DNA of 64,000 bases from Pelagomonas calceolata (lineage: Eukaryota). The notes under the pieces were generated by a model, which was not told the origin of the DNA, searched no databases, and saw only the letters and a list, made by a program, of their open reading frames with translations. Positions 20,727 through 31,729 of this stretch are shown here, piece by piece. Every line of letters starts with the position of its first letter. The first letter of the stretch is position 1. The position numbers and the translations under genes are program-made. The stretch spans positions 2,170,001-2,234,000 of the forward strand of contig CAKKNE010000001.1 in the NCBI GenBank assembly GCA_918797485.1. Direction: 5' to 3'.

Positions 20727-23494
20727 ATGGACACAAGCATGACCTTCGACAACGCCGCGCCCTGCGCGACGCGCTGCAATTTCTGCAGCGCGTGCGTCCA
20801 CTACCGGACGAACGTCCGCATCCAACAAAGACGGGAAAAACAAGAACGGGACCGCCGGCGCGGCATCGCGCCTCCGCCTCCACCCGAACCCGCGCCGTCG
20901 CCGGCCAAGAGGGCGAGGACGATCTCGCAGGAGCCCTTCGTTGATGTTTTATTAGCCGCGGCGCGCGACCCGCTCGCCGTGCCGCCGCGGTCGGCGCCGG
21001 CGCGGACGCAGACGGCGCCCTTCTTCAGTGACGCGGCCATGGCGCCGCCGCCGCCGCGCGCCTCCAAGCGCAAGGCCGAGGAGACGCCGCCCGTCGACAA
21101 GGCGCCGCCCGCGCTGTCGCCGACGCCGCCCGAGCGGCGCCCCGAGCTGGCGCGCGAGGCGCCCGCGCGGGCCCCGTCGCCGGCCCAGCCCTTTGAAATC
21201 GTCGCCGTCGACGACACGCCTCCCGAGGAGACGGCGCCGCCGCCGGTCCCTCCATTGTCGACGCAAGTGACGCCCCTCGACGAGGAGGCCGACGTTATAC
21301 AGCAGAACTCTCGGTCGCTACCCATCCTGCTCGAGGAGACGCCTCCATTAGTACCGCAGCGGTCGCACTCCGCTCCAGTGAGTGACACGACGAGACACTA
21401 CGTCGATTCGCAGTCGCCGCGAAGAGGTTTGTTGGCGGGCCACGCGCTGGCCTTCGCCATCGGCAGCGGCCTGAACAAGCCGCAGGCCGAAACGCTCGCC
21501 CTCAAAGTGAAAGTCCACGCGGGCCGGCTCGTCAAGGGCGCCGGCAAGAAGGCCATCGACGGGATTGTGAAAGAACGCGCTTCAATAGAAGATCGAAGAA
21601 AGGCCTTCGGTGCCGCTACCGTGGTCATTTGCGGGCCGCGAGCTCGCGTCGACGCGCCCGAATTGGAGGGGGCGCGGAAATGCGCCTCTGTAGCGTGGCT
21701 CACGGACGCCTTCGGTTCTAAGAGACTAGGCCACGTCGACGACTACGCTCCATTACCTGCTGTAGTTGTGGAAGCGCCACCGCCGCCTGAACCAAAGAAG
21801 CCGCGGACGTCGTGGCCTGTGTGGAAATCAACCAGTGCGTCGGGTGCTCGTCACGCCATCGAGCAGGCGTCGCGTCGATGGCGTGGAGGACGACGCGATG
21901 ATTCAGCACGAGCGCGCCGTAAAATTTTGATTTCCACACAGGTCGTGGCCCGAGCGCATGAAGCAAGGGTTGGCCTGCCAAAGGGCGCCCAAACCAGAAG
22001 GCGAGCTGCCGCCGAACGACCGAATCGTCAAAAAATTAGAGGAGCTCTGCGGGTTCTACGAGTCTTCGGACGACGGCACGAGCCAGTTCCGGCTGCGCAT
22101 CACGCGGCGGGCCGTGAACAAGCTCAAGTTACTAGGACGGGATTTGACCGACGACGACGTCGAGGAACATAATCTGAGAAAGATCCTGGGCTCGAAGTTC
22201 GCGAAGAAAGACAGCAACAAGGGTCTGGTGCAGAAGATCACGGAAATTCATGAAAGTGGTGACCTCGACCGGCTCAGGGAGTGGCGCGCGGACCCGCGGA
22301 GGTGCGCGATCATGGAGCTGTCCAAGGTCTGGGGCATTGGCTACCGGAAGGCGCAGACGCTGATCGACAAGAATAATATCTGGTCCGTCAAGGAGCTCAA
22401 GGAAGAAGCGGAGAAGAATCCCAAGATCGTCGAGGCGCGCGTGCACCGAACCTTGCGGTGCCACGACGATCTGCAGCTAAGGATGTCGCGCGAGGAAGCT
22501 TTAGAGATCGGCGACCGCGTGCGCAGTTGCGCGAAGGCGGTCTTCGCGGAATTGCTACCTTTACATGACGTGGCGAAGCTGAAAGTCGAGGGTGCGCCGG
22601 CGGCGTCCCGCTTTGGTCGCTCGCGCGTCGATCTCGCGTCGATGGCGTCGCCGCGACGCCGCGACGCCGTCGCCGCGCGCAGGTCCCATGGGGTCGTTTA
22701 GGAGGGGCCAGCCCGACTGCGGCGATGTTGATGTGTTGGTGACGCACGAGGACTGGTTGGATGATCCGGAACGAACCGTATCACTGGACAAGCAGTCGCA
22801 GGAGTCGTCGCTGTCTCGGTCTTCCTACGCTAGAACGAGGAATTTGGGCGACGAAGAGGCCACTGAAGGTGAAGACCCCGACTACGGCGCGCAGCGGTCG
22901 CGGGCGTCGCGGGACAAGTTCCTTGCTACGTTGCGAGATAGGTTGCATGCCCAAGGCTTCCTCACGGACCATCTCGGTGGCGACGGCTTCCAGAAGAAGA
23001 CGACGACGGTCCAGGGCGAGGTGCCCGGCGCCGGGTGTAGCTCGTACATGGGCATCTGCAAGCCGAGAGACACGCATCGGCGGCTAGATATCAAGGTCTA
23101 CGCGCCGCAGCACTACGCGTACGCGATGATTTACTTCACGGGCAACGACTACTTCAATAGAAGTATGAGATGCTACGCGAAGGCGTGCGGCTACTCGTTA
23201 TGTGATAAAGGGTTACGAAAAGCCGCGCGGTCGGGCGTCTCGCACAAGGACGGCAAGTATATTGATAATAAAGTCGCTGTCGGAAGGTTGGTGGTCTGTG
23301 AAGAAGAAAGAGACGTCTTCGAGGTGCTCGGCTTAGATTACAAGGAGCCGCACGAGCGCAACGTGTCCGACAACGCGACCGAAGTCGCGGAGAAGGCGCG
23401 GCGGTTGTTCGAGGAGCAGCGGCGCGGCGGCGTTGTCGTTGATTCCGATAGCGATGACGAAGATGCTAGGCCGGCGGGGCGGTTCCGGTTGTAA
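20727..23494 (+). CDS. DNA polymerase family X (lambda/beta-like) with a BRCT-like domain; introns 21809-21941 and ~22592-22682
   Basis: LACQR, VWGIG HhH, GSFRRG..CGDVDVLVTH, RRLDIK, YFTGNDYFNRSMR, ERDVFEVLGLDYKEPHER. Confidence 0.9.
21809..21941 (+). mobile_element. Introner element intron (133 nt, internally deleted) in the Pol X gene
   Basis: Perfect TSD GTCGTGGC (21809-21816, 21942-21949); perfect 14-bp TIRs; splicing joins PRTSWPERMKQG in frame. Confidence 0.95.
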
Positions 23495-23522
23495 GACTAC
23501 TTGTGTTGAAAAACTCTAAGGC

Positions 23523-24320
23523 CTAGGATCCGTCCTCCGAGGAGGTCGTCGACGACGGCGAGAATGTGTAGCCGGGCGGCGGCGACGTAACTGTCCACTG
23601 CCGGCGCGTCTGCGGCAACTGCAGTGACGAGTAGCTCCGGGGCGTCTGCGGCGGCGTCACTGTAGTTGCGTCACTGTCCACTGCCGGCGGCGGCGCCAAG
23701 TGGAGGAAGCCCGACGCGCACGTCTCCGAGTGTGGTCGTGAGCGCGCGGTGCCGCCGACCCAGTCCAGGGCCTGGCAGCCCTCGCCGCAGTAACAGCGTT
23801 CGCCGCACGCGCAGACCGGAAACGGCGGATCGCTATATTTGGCGTCGCGACCGCAGACGACGCACTTTCGCCGTCTCATCTTCGTATAATATACGCAATC
23901 GTCTTTGTGGTCTTCCCAGTGCGCCCGCTGGCAAGCTACACTACAGTATCGTGTCTCACCGCATCGGCATCGGCCGCAAACCTTAAGGCTACGCGTGTCG
24001 AGAGCAAACTGTCGACCGCATCCGTCGCACGCCCGGCGGGCCACCTTGTCCCAGATCCGCGACTCGCCATCAAAGCGAGGCACGTCTTCGGCCCCAATTA
24101 CCGTCAGGCGGTCCATCGTGTCGATTTCTGCAGGGAGCACGATGAGGCTCGCGCAGCCGGAAAAATTGATCCTTCGGAGCCGCGTCATTTCCTCGATATC
24201 AACATCAAAAGCTATCAGACCAGAATTACTCAAGTCAAGTTCTGTCAACGCTTCAAGACTATAAAAAGAACTGGGTAGTCTGGTGAGGCTGGAGCACCCG
24301 GACAAGTCGAGCTTCGACAA
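23523..24320 (-). CDS. LRR + tandem MYND zinc-finger protein, apparently 5'-truncated (possible pseudogene)
   Basis: LDLSGCSSLTRLP LRRs; two CxxC...YCS/CGxxCQxxxW..H..C fingers; no in-frame ATG before an upstream stop. Confidence 0.65.
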   Translation of the reverse strand: MSKLDLSGCSSLTRLPSSFYSLEALTELDLSNSGLIAFDVDIEEMTRLRRINFSGCASLIVLPAEIDTMDRLTVIGAEDVPRFDGESRIWDKVARRACDGCGRQFALDTRSLKVCGRCRCGETRYCSVACQRAHWEDHKDDCVYYTKMRRRKCVVCGRDAKYSDPPFPVCACGERCYCGEGCQALDWVGGTARSRPHSETCASGFLHLAPPPAVDSDATTVTPPQTPRSYSSLQLPQTRRQWTVTSPPPGYTFSPSSTTSSEDGS

Positions 24321-24553
24321 CCCATAGCCTGTGTTTTGTCTCTACTCTTGAAAGCAGTGCTCGCGAGTCAGTTCTTGATAGTGTTGATGCAACCCAATTG
24401 GAAAGCTATATTTGCGCCCCTCGTCTCGTGCCGCGTCGTGCCGAGCGCGGTAAATTTGCCCGCGCTATTTTGGGAGAAAAACCCGTTCGTTCCCTCACGC
24501 GAGGCCGCGAGGCTACGGCTCTCGCGGAAAAAAAGGACACGAGACGAACAAAC

Positions 24554-25636
24554 TTACTGCTTAGCGTTCGGCGGCAGCCTTCTGAGCATCTTGTCGATCG
24601 TCGCGTCGACGTCGTCCAAGAAGACCGCCGACGCGTCCGGCTCGACGAGCAACCGTCGCAATCCATCATCCAACGAGTCGATGCGCGCGAAGGTCAGAAA
24701 ACGTCGGACAGAAACAGGAAACAGGTTCGCGACCAGTCCAACTAATAACTGGATGGCCTTCGGCAAGTTTGCTATCACCGTAGGTCCAGCTAGCGTCGGA
24801 AACAACCGGTCGCCCCGCCGCGCCGCGCCACCGAGCGCCGCGCGGAACTGCCCGGCCAGCTTCGTCGATCTCAACGAAACGTCCTTCAAATCGTTGACTG
24901 TGACGACCGTGACCAAAACGCCCGTCTTCAGCGACAGCAAGGCGCAGACTCTCGCGTTGACCGCTTTCGAATACAGGAAGGAATGTTGTAAACGCCGCAT
25001 CGCGAGCGTGTCCACCGCCTCTTCGACGTCCACACAGCTCATGGCATGGTCGTCGGGCGAACTTTGGGCTTCTAGAGCCTGCATCAACCCGTCCTCGTCG
25101 ATTCTCCTACCTTGAATGCAGCAGACGAGTCGAGCGCGCTGCCCGTCCAACACATAAGTTAATTGTTCATCGGTCAGGAATTCGCCCACGGCGAACTTGT
25201 GCGGCAGGTTGCGCTGCACGGGCGCGTTCTTCCAGCGGCCCTTCTGCCTCGCTGTCGTACTTGCGGACGCATCACTGGTGACGTTGCTCGCTTCGTCGAC
25301 GGCCTCCTGGGCCTTCTCTAATACAATCCGCCCGACGCCGCGCCGCCACGCGAGGCTGTCGCGGAGTGTGCTTTCGGCGTCCGCGAGGTCGATGCCGTCT
25401 CTAACTCCATCCACGAAACGTAGTAAAAAGTGGTCCAGGGCCGCGTCTCGATCCAAGGCGGGGTAGTAGCCGTCCAGCAGTAAAGCTGCCTCGTCCTCGC
25501 TCGGCAAGACGTCCTCGCACCGTTTCTTGAGCTCCCGTATTCGCGTTTCTTGCGCCTCGAGGCGCGCTTTCAGGACGGGCGGTGCTAACGCTTGTGTCAA
25601 GAGTGGCAGGGCGGCGAGGAGCCACCAGCGGTGCAT
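24554..25636 (-). CDS. CRAL-TRIO/Sec14-like protein with an N-terminal signal peptide
   Basis: FLLRF..AE.TLRDSLAWRR (CRAL_N), VNDLKDVSL, FPTLAGPTVIANLP. Confidence 0.7.
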   Translation of the reverse strand: MHRWWLLAALPLLTQALAPPVLKARLEAQETRIRELKKRCEDVLPSEDEAALLLDGYYPALDRDAALDHFLLRFVDGVRDGIDLADAESTLRDSLAWRRGVGRIVLEKAQEAVDEASNVTSDASASTTARQKGRWKNAPVQRNLPHKFAVGEFLTDEQLTYVLDGQRARLVCCIQGRRIDEDGLMQALEAQSSPDDHAMSCVDVEEAVDTLAMRRLQHSFLYSKAVNARVCALLSLKTGVLVTVVTVNDLKDVSLRSTKLAGQFRAALGGAARRGDRLFPTLAGPTVIANLPKAIQLLVGLVANLFPVSVRRFLTFARIDSLDDGLRRLLVEPDASAVFLDDVDATIDKMLRRLPPNAKQ

Positions 25637-26269
25637 CTTTGTTTCTTGCAGACCCAGTCGAGGGCGCCGAGCAATCGCGTGCAATCACTGCCAGCACTAA
25701 ATGCGAGAGAAATGGATGCAATCGCGTGCGATCGCTGTCAGCACTCAATGAGAGAGAAATGGGATGCGTTGCCGGTTGCCACGCGCCGCCAGCGCTGGAT
25801 GCTGCACCAGGATGCTGACTCTGTATTGTGAGTTTGCGTGCTTATCGATGCCGTAGCGATGCTCGATGCTGAAGAACCAAGTAGTCGAGATGCGAAACAG
25901 CTCGAAACGCTGCAAATGCCAGCTGTTACGCGCGGAGGAGCTCGGCTGCGTATCGAGCTGGCTGAGCCTCTCGTCTGCGAGTTTTGCCTCTGAACCACAA
26001 CGAGCCGTCGCTGTAGGCCTCCCTAAGGGTCGTGCGGACGGCTAGCTCCTGCGCCGTCATTTTACATACAGCTCGAGGCAGGCCCTGGTCCTCATCGCCG
26101 CGACGAAGTCTAGCGCTTACGCAGCGCAAAAGCACACTATCAGCTCGCGCAGCGCTGCTTTACAGTCCAGACCCCGCCGCGCAACCGCTCAAGAGGCGTG
26201 CGCCGCCGCGCGCGCCGCTGAGAATAAAGTGCAGGACCAGCTGCCGCTAACCAACCCTCCGGGAGCGGC

Positions 26270-27160
26270 ATGCCGCGCCTCAAGGCCGCCGTCCAGGCGC
26301 GCAAGGAGACGGCCCTCGAGTCCTTACGAGACGCTTTGCGGACGACGGGCCGCCTCATCCGGCCGCGGCTCGGCTGCCCCGGCTATGGCGCGGTCCGAGT
26401 AGCTCTGGCCCACTGGCGGCCGGATTTCGAGGATGTGCCCGAGAAGGAGCGACTCGCTCTTTTGCGAGCGGCGACGCAGTGGGACACGGAGCGCAATTCC
26501 AAGGCCGGCCCGCACGCCCGCATCGACGTGGAAAAACACGCGTCGCTCACGAAGGAGCTCATCGAGTGGCTCGAGGCGCCGGAAGCCGCCGCGAAGGCCG
26601 CCGCGTCGGCGCGAGCTGTTTCCCGACGAACCGCGAGAGGCGGCGGCGGCCAGCGGAAGACGGCTCAGCACGCCGTCGTCCACCGCCCTTCGACGCACGC
26701 GGCGCCCTGCAAGAAGCGGCGCGTGGCCTCGAAGAAGAAGGCCCACGCCTTGGTGCCTCCGTCGTCCACTCCGAAGGCGAAGATGCTCCACCCGGGCTGC
26801 CACGGGCACCTGCCTCCGGGGTCTACTCCTGCTTCTCACTTGAGACCGGGCGACACGAAGCCGCACATCGACTTCATGCTGCCGGACGGGACGCTCGACT
26901 GTCGCTTCGACAGCTACTGCGACCAATTGATGGACGAGCCCGCCGGGTCGTGCCTGCACCACACTCTCTCATTGTTTGATGCCAATGAACCGGGTAGCTT
27001 CGCGGACGCGGCGCGCGCGCGGCCCATTAGACATGGTGACCACGTGCACCGCTTGGCGGGCCAGCCCGTGGGCGACTGCGGCGCGCTCTGGCCGGCTCAT
27101 ATATCTGAAGCTGATTTAGATTTCGCGACGGCGCTCTTCGACGTCAAGGACTCGAAGTGA
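26270..27160 (+). CDS. Hypothetical protein with a His/Cys-rich C-terminal (metal-binding?) region
   Basis: 296-aa ATG ORF; HPGCHGH, HIDF, RHGDHVH, NLS-like KKRR. Confidence 0.6.
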   Translation: MPRLKAAVQARKETALESLRDALRTTGRLIRPRLGCPGYGAVRVALAHWRPDFEDVPEKERLALLRAATQWDTERNSKAGPHARIDVEKHASLTKELIEWLEAPEAAAKAAASARAVSRRTARGGGGQRKTAQHAVVHRPSTHAAPCKKRRVASKKKAHALVPPSSTPKAKMLHPGCHGHLPPGSTPASHLRPGDTKPHIDFMLPDGTLDCRFDSYCDQLMDEPAGSCLHHTLSLFDANEPGSFADAARARPIRHGDHVHRLAGQPVGDCGALWPAHISEADLDFATALFDVKDSK

Positions 27161-27325
27161 GCTTCTTTGCTTGGCGTGTCCCGTCTGCTGCGGGACATGC
27201 GCATCTCTCTCTCTCCCTCCCCATAATAGTATGTAAGACATAGAAGAATTACCTACGTCGCGTCGATGGCGTCGGATGAGGGCCCAGCCTGGATCAACAA
27301 AAAGTCTTAGGCACTAGTCCTAAGT

Positions 27326-27470
27326 CTAGTCCTGGTCCTTCGGGATGGGCCGGCCGGTGGGGTCGACGCGATTCATCACGCGAACATCAGCGAGGTCCGC
27401 GGCGATCACCGCTTCGTTGTAGGCGAGCGCGGCGACCTCCTCGTCGACGAAGTAGCCGACGTGGCACTTT
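27326..27470 (-). pseudogene. AP2-domain gene 3' fragment
   Basis: HVGYFVDEEVAALAYNEAV matches the AP2 helix signature; no upstream gene body. Confidence 0.55.
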
Positions 27471-27496
27471 CTCCGGGGTTCCGAATCATCAAAGTA

Positions 27497-27844
27497 TTCA
27501 ACAACTACGCGTCGTCCCTTATCGATGAAGAGCACTTTGAAGAAGCCAAGGCACTGTTGCGCAAGACGGTACCCGTGACACAACGCGTTCTCGGAGAGAG
27601 TGATGACACCACGCTCAGGATGAAGTGGTGCTACGCGTGGGCGCTCTACGGTGACGACGACGCCACGCTCGACGATCTCTTCGAGGCCGTGGAGACGCTC
27701 GAGGATACGGAACGGATCGCGCGGCGCGTGCTCGGCGATGCGCACCCGACCACAACGGGGATTAAGTCCCACCTGCGAGACGCGCAAGCCACCCTCGACA
27801 CTTTCCTCGACGCCCGCGACATGGAATCGTCGGAGGACGAGTAA
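27497..27844 (+). pseudogene. TPR-like (kinesin-light-chain type) multicopy family 3' fragment
   Basis: NNYASSL..FEEAKALLRK..RVLGE..DATLDDL.EAV.TLED.ER.ARRVLG..HP; paralogous to 45675-46005. Confidence 0.7.
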
Positions 27845-27883
27845 AAGATAGTAAATGACACATGGTAAACCACAAGAAAACAA

Positions 27884-28873
27884 TTAAACACCAGCCTGGG
27901 CAGCCCGGTGCTGGAAGTACGCGATCGCCACGGCGCCGGCGAGCGCTCCGAGCGTCGAGAGCCGGCGGAGGCGCTCGAGGCGCGCCGGCTCCGCGCCCTT
28001 GCGCGCCTGGTCGGCCTCGCAGTCCGCGGACGGCGCCACCTTGCACGCGAAGGCGCTCTGTAGGTCCGCGCACTCGTCCGGTGAGGCCTTGGCGGCGCGG
28101 CACGCGCGCGCGACCGCGGCCTCGGCGCTCTCGCCGAGGTACCGCTCGACGACAACCTCGCCGTCGCGGCCGCGGAAGGATACGCGCAACGAGGGCGGCA
28201 CGCGCACGGAGTAGTCGACCGAGGTCGCCTCCGCCACATCGTGTTTGACGGGAGGCGGCGCCTCGTCCGAAACAGCGCCGGAGAAGAGGTGGTCGCCCCA
28301 GCCCTCCTCGTCATGATCCAGCCTTTGTCGCGCGAGGTCCGCAGCTTTATCGTCCGAGCTGCGCCGCCCGGCTCGCGCCTCGGTTTGCTTCTCTGCAAGG
28401 GCCAGACTGATGACGTTGCAGTCGCGGGGCGTGACGTTCCGTTCCCTACAAAAACGTGCCGCCGCGGCGGCGGGCGCCTCGTCGATGCCCGCCTCTATTT
28501 GATATCCTCGGCCGTCGACGACGAGCGACACGCTCACCGTCGCGCTCGTCTCCATGGCGTCGGGCTCCTTGCGCGGCGGTGCTTGCCGCCGCGGGAGCCG
28601 TTTCGGTGGCTCTTCCGGTGCTACTTGGTTGGTCCGGACGCGGACGGCGTTCTGCTCCGCGCGCAGCGCCTGACTGACTCGTTCCTCGCACTCGACGGCG
28701 ACGGCCGCCGCCGCGCAGAACGCCCGCGCCGCGGTCTCCGGGTCCTCGTCGAGGCGCGCGCGCAGCGTCTTCGGCTCGTCGTCCATCAGGACTTCCAGCG
28801 AGATGTCGGTTTCTAGGCGCAGCTCGGCGGCGGCGCACAGTGTCAGGGCTGCCCAGGCATGGCGCCGTCGCAT
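27884..28873 (-). CDS. Signal-peptide, single-TM protein with three internal repeats
   Basis: N-terminal signal; repeats of E..AA.RFC......C; C-terminal hydrophobic helix. Confidence 0.7.
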   Translation of the reverse strand: MRRRHAWAALTLCAAAELRLETDISLEVLMDDEPKTLRARLDEDPETAARAFCAAAAVAVECEERVSQALRAEQNAVRVRTNQVAPEEPPKRLPRRQAPPRKEPDAMETSATVSVSLVVDGRGYQIEAGIDEAPAAAAARFCRERNVTPRDCNVISLALAEKQTEARAGRRSSDDKAADLARQRLDHDEEGWGDHLFSGAVSDEAPPPVKHDVAEATSVDYSVRVPPSLRVSFRGRDGEVVVERYLGESAEAAVARACRAAKASPDECADLQSAFACKVAPSADCEADQARKGAEPARLERLRRLSTLGALAGAVAIAYFQHRAAQAGV

Positions 28874-29487
28874 CGTGAAGGCGGGCAGCCTCAGAGAGAG
28901 AGTACGTAAGCGGTCACGAACGCTAGACTAACCCTTGCAGCCTCACCGGCGACGATTGCTCGGAGGTGCCATCGTCTGTTTTCTTGCGTTTGCGGGCAGG
29001 CCTACGTGCACTGTGCGATGCAAATCGTCTCCAGTGTCTCGAGCTCTCCACAAAACGTGCGGGTCTTGCTCGTTGCTTCAGGCTGGTGTGGCGCATCTTT
29101 CGAGCGTTCCATTGACGCCTCTCGAGCAATGTCGCGCCTACGCATGCCGCTGTTTCGTGCGAATTTGGCATTGCCTGGAGCTCTCCAGACTTTGTAATCG
29201 CTTCCTGCTCGCTCCTCGCGCGACGCGGCGCCTAAAATAACGTGCCTGATACTCACGGATGGCAAATCGTTACGCTTCGACCGCGCGCGCCGTCTCAAAG
29301 TCACAGCTGTCAGACATCTGTGCTTGCTAGCCGCGGCGGTCCGGAACGGCGCGCGAGCTACGGAGTCGCGCGGAAGGCCGCGCTGACGCTAAAGTCGACC
29401 GCTGACGCGCCGCGTAATCCGACTCGTTTCGCGCGCGCGTCGCGGAGTCGACGCGAACTCACCGCCCAATCCCGCAGGTCAATCACG

Positions 29488-30144
29488 ATGAACAAGCTCA
29501 TTCTCGCGCTCTGCCTCACCCGCAAGGTCGCCGGCTTCGCCTCATACAGCGGCAAGGACTGCATCCTCGAAGACAGCTGCCCGCCCGCCGGAAATGTGAA
29601 TGGCTTCGCGTGTTCCACGTTCCCAAACTGCCAGGACCCGAACGTTTGCCCGACCAGCCAGGTTCCCAACTTTGCTGGTCCGTTCGCCCGGTTTGAGGAC
29701 AATGGCGGAAGCCCCTGGATTTATAGCTGCTCCGACAACACTTGTGGCTCGTGCTACCCGTACGCTTCGGCGGCAGACTTCGCGGCGGCCCTCAGCATAG
29801 AAAATCCGTTCGCCTCGTGCGCGGCCGACCCGGTCGGGATCACGAAAAGGGATCCTCTCAATTATTGCACGGCGACGGAAGAGCTCTGGTGCGACTGGTG
29901 GACGATAGAAAAGGGCCTCGACGACGAGTACAAATCGTCGCTCTACTGGGAGCCCTACTGCTCGGAGAGCTCGCAGATCAATCTGTGCAAGCCGGGGAGC
30001 ACGTGCGACTCCAAGGAGGAGAGCGACACGCCGGCCGAGAACTGCCTCTTCAACCCGACGTGCTTCTGTCTCATGGACTCACTCGCGGGACTTCCGTCGG
30101 GCGGCGGCGGCGGCTCGGGCCCGACGTGCACGCCCCAGTACTAG
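29488..30144 (+). CDS. Secreted Cys-rich protein
   Basis: MNKLILALCL signal peptide; many regularly spaced Cys. Confidence 0.7.
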   Translation: MNKLILALCLTRKVAGFASYSGKDCILEDSCPPAGNVNGFACSTFPNCQDPNVCPTSQVPNFAGPFARFEDNGGSPWIYSCSDNTCGSCYPYASAADFAAALSIENPFASCAADPVGITKRDPLNYCTATEELWCDWWTIEKGLDDEYKSSLYWEPYCSESSQINLCKPGSTCDSKEESDTPAENCLFNPTCFCLMDSLAGLPSGGGGGSGPTCTPQY

Positions 30145-30157
30145 ATCCACAGCGTCC

Positions 30158-30187
<30 letters not shown>
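30158..30187 (+). repeat. (ACG)n microsatellite
   Basis: About 10 tandem ACG units. Confidence 0.8.
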
Positions 30188-30190
<3 letters not shown>

Positions 30191-30396
30191 CATCCTCCTT
30201 GTACATAAGAAGCGTTGGTATTATGCTTGTATCTCTCCTCGCGGCGGTCGGAGGCCCCACGCCGCGCGTTGGACGCTTGGAGGCTTCGCTCAAAACCCGC
30301 ACGATAATCATGAAATTGCGAGAGGCGCTGCACGCCCAGGCAGCCAGGCTGCCCGCCCAGGCTGCAGAACTAGTGGTGCGCTGCCCCGACACCAAG

Positions 30397-31653
30397 ATGC
30401 CCCGCGACGACGACGACGACGCCGTCGCGGAGCCGAAGGACGACTCCCTCACCTATCTGGTGAGGAAGCTGCGCGCTCTACTGCGCAGCGAGGCCAAGGA
30501 CCAGAGTTTGAGGGATTTGTTCGAGAAGCTCGACAAGAACGGCGACAAGAAGGTGACAGCTGTGGAGTTAAGGAAGGGTCTGAAAGATTTAGGCTTCCGC
30601 TTGGACGACGACGAGGTGCGAGACATTATTAAATACTGCGATGTGGACGGGGATGGGGAGATCTCGTACCTGGAATTTGAAAGTTTCGTCGAATCGCCGG
30701 AATGCAAGGACGCCGACGTCCAAGATGTCTTGGATCGACTGCGGGAAATCGCGGAGGGCCAGGGCGGTTCGATAGCGAAGAGAATAGAAGAGATGTTCGA
30801 GGAGCTCGATGAAGACTTATCGGGCGATGTTGATGCCGACGAGTTCCACGACGGGCTCCGAGGTCTTGGACTCACACTAACAGTGAAAGAAGCCGAAGAT
30901 ATAACCAAACGGTTCCCGTCGACGGGTAAAAATGCTGTGGGTCCGAAAGGCCCGCGTATACGGTACCGAGACTTCGTTGCCGCTGTCCGAGGAAAGGCAC
31001 CGGCATCGCACGAGGCTAAAGATTCCCAAGGCGATCGCGTCGCGACCTATGCTGTCCGAAAGTTAGCGGAGGAAGTAGAACGTTGTTCTCGCACGAAGCA
31101 GGGCGACCTTGATTTAGCGGGCTGCTTCCGTGACCTCGACGCTGATGGGAGTGGTACGCTCGACCGAACGGAAATACGAGATGCTCTAGACAGGGTAGGC
31201 GTCCAACTCTCGAGGAAGGAGCTCGTCGAGGTCATGGAGTTCTTCGGGGCCGGACCGGACGGCGAGGTCCCGTACGAAGACTTCGTCGCGTTCGCTTTGA
31301 AGCAGGACCCGGCGACGGCGCGCATCGCGACGAAAGTCAGGAACGAGATCGAGCGGCTGGCGGAGCGAGATGGTCGCGCACCGGACTATCGAGGCGCGTT
31401 CCGCGAACTCGATGACGACGACAGCGGCGAGCTGGACCAGGACGAGTTCCGGTCCGCGATGCGCAATCTTGGCCTAAGGCTGTCGTCGGCGGAATTGCGG
31501 CAGCTCGTCAACCTCTTCGACGCCGACGGCGACGGCGTTGTCTCCTATCGGGAGTTCATCGACTTCGTGGAGAAGATCCCGGTGGACGAGTCGGGCGAGG
31601 CGGGCGAGAGCAAAGACGACGGCGGCGAGGCCAAGGCGGAGGCCAAGTGGTAG
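30397..31653 (+). CDS. Multi EF-hand calcium-binding protein
   Basis: DKNGDKKV, DVDGDGEISY, DEDLSGDVD, DADGSGTLD, DDDDSGELD, DADGDGVVSY loops. Confidence 0.9.
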   Translation: MPRDDDDDAVAEPKDDSLTYLVRKLRALLRSEAKDQSLRDLFEKLDKNGDKKVTAVELRKGLKDLGFRLDDDEVRDIIKYCDVDGDGEISYLEFESFVESPECKDADVQDVLDRLREIAEGQGGSIAKRIEEMFEELDEDLSGDVDADEFHDGLRGLGLTLTVKEAEDITKRFPSTGKNAVGPKGPRIRYRDFVAAVRGKAPASHEAKDSQGDRVATYAVRKLAEEVERCSRTKQGDLDLAGCFRDLDADGSGTLDRTEIRDALDRVGVQLSRKELVEVMEFFGAGPDGEVPYEDFVAFALKQDPATARIATKVRNEIERLAERDGRAPDYRGAFRELDDDDSGELDQDEFRSAMRNLGLRLSSAELRQLVNLFDADGDGVVSYREFIDFVEKIPVDESGEAGESKDDGGEAKAEAKW

Positions 31654-31729
31654 ACGTTCCGTCGTCGACTGCTAAGTACATGATCAAAACTTCTTAACAA
31701 CAAACGTCGCGTCGATGGCGTATGGGGGA

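Noticed and set aside
16729..21941. Repeated TIR sequences read as a CRISPR-like array
   Set aside because: They are dispersed inverted termini of introners in a eukaryotic genome, not regularly spaced direct repeats.
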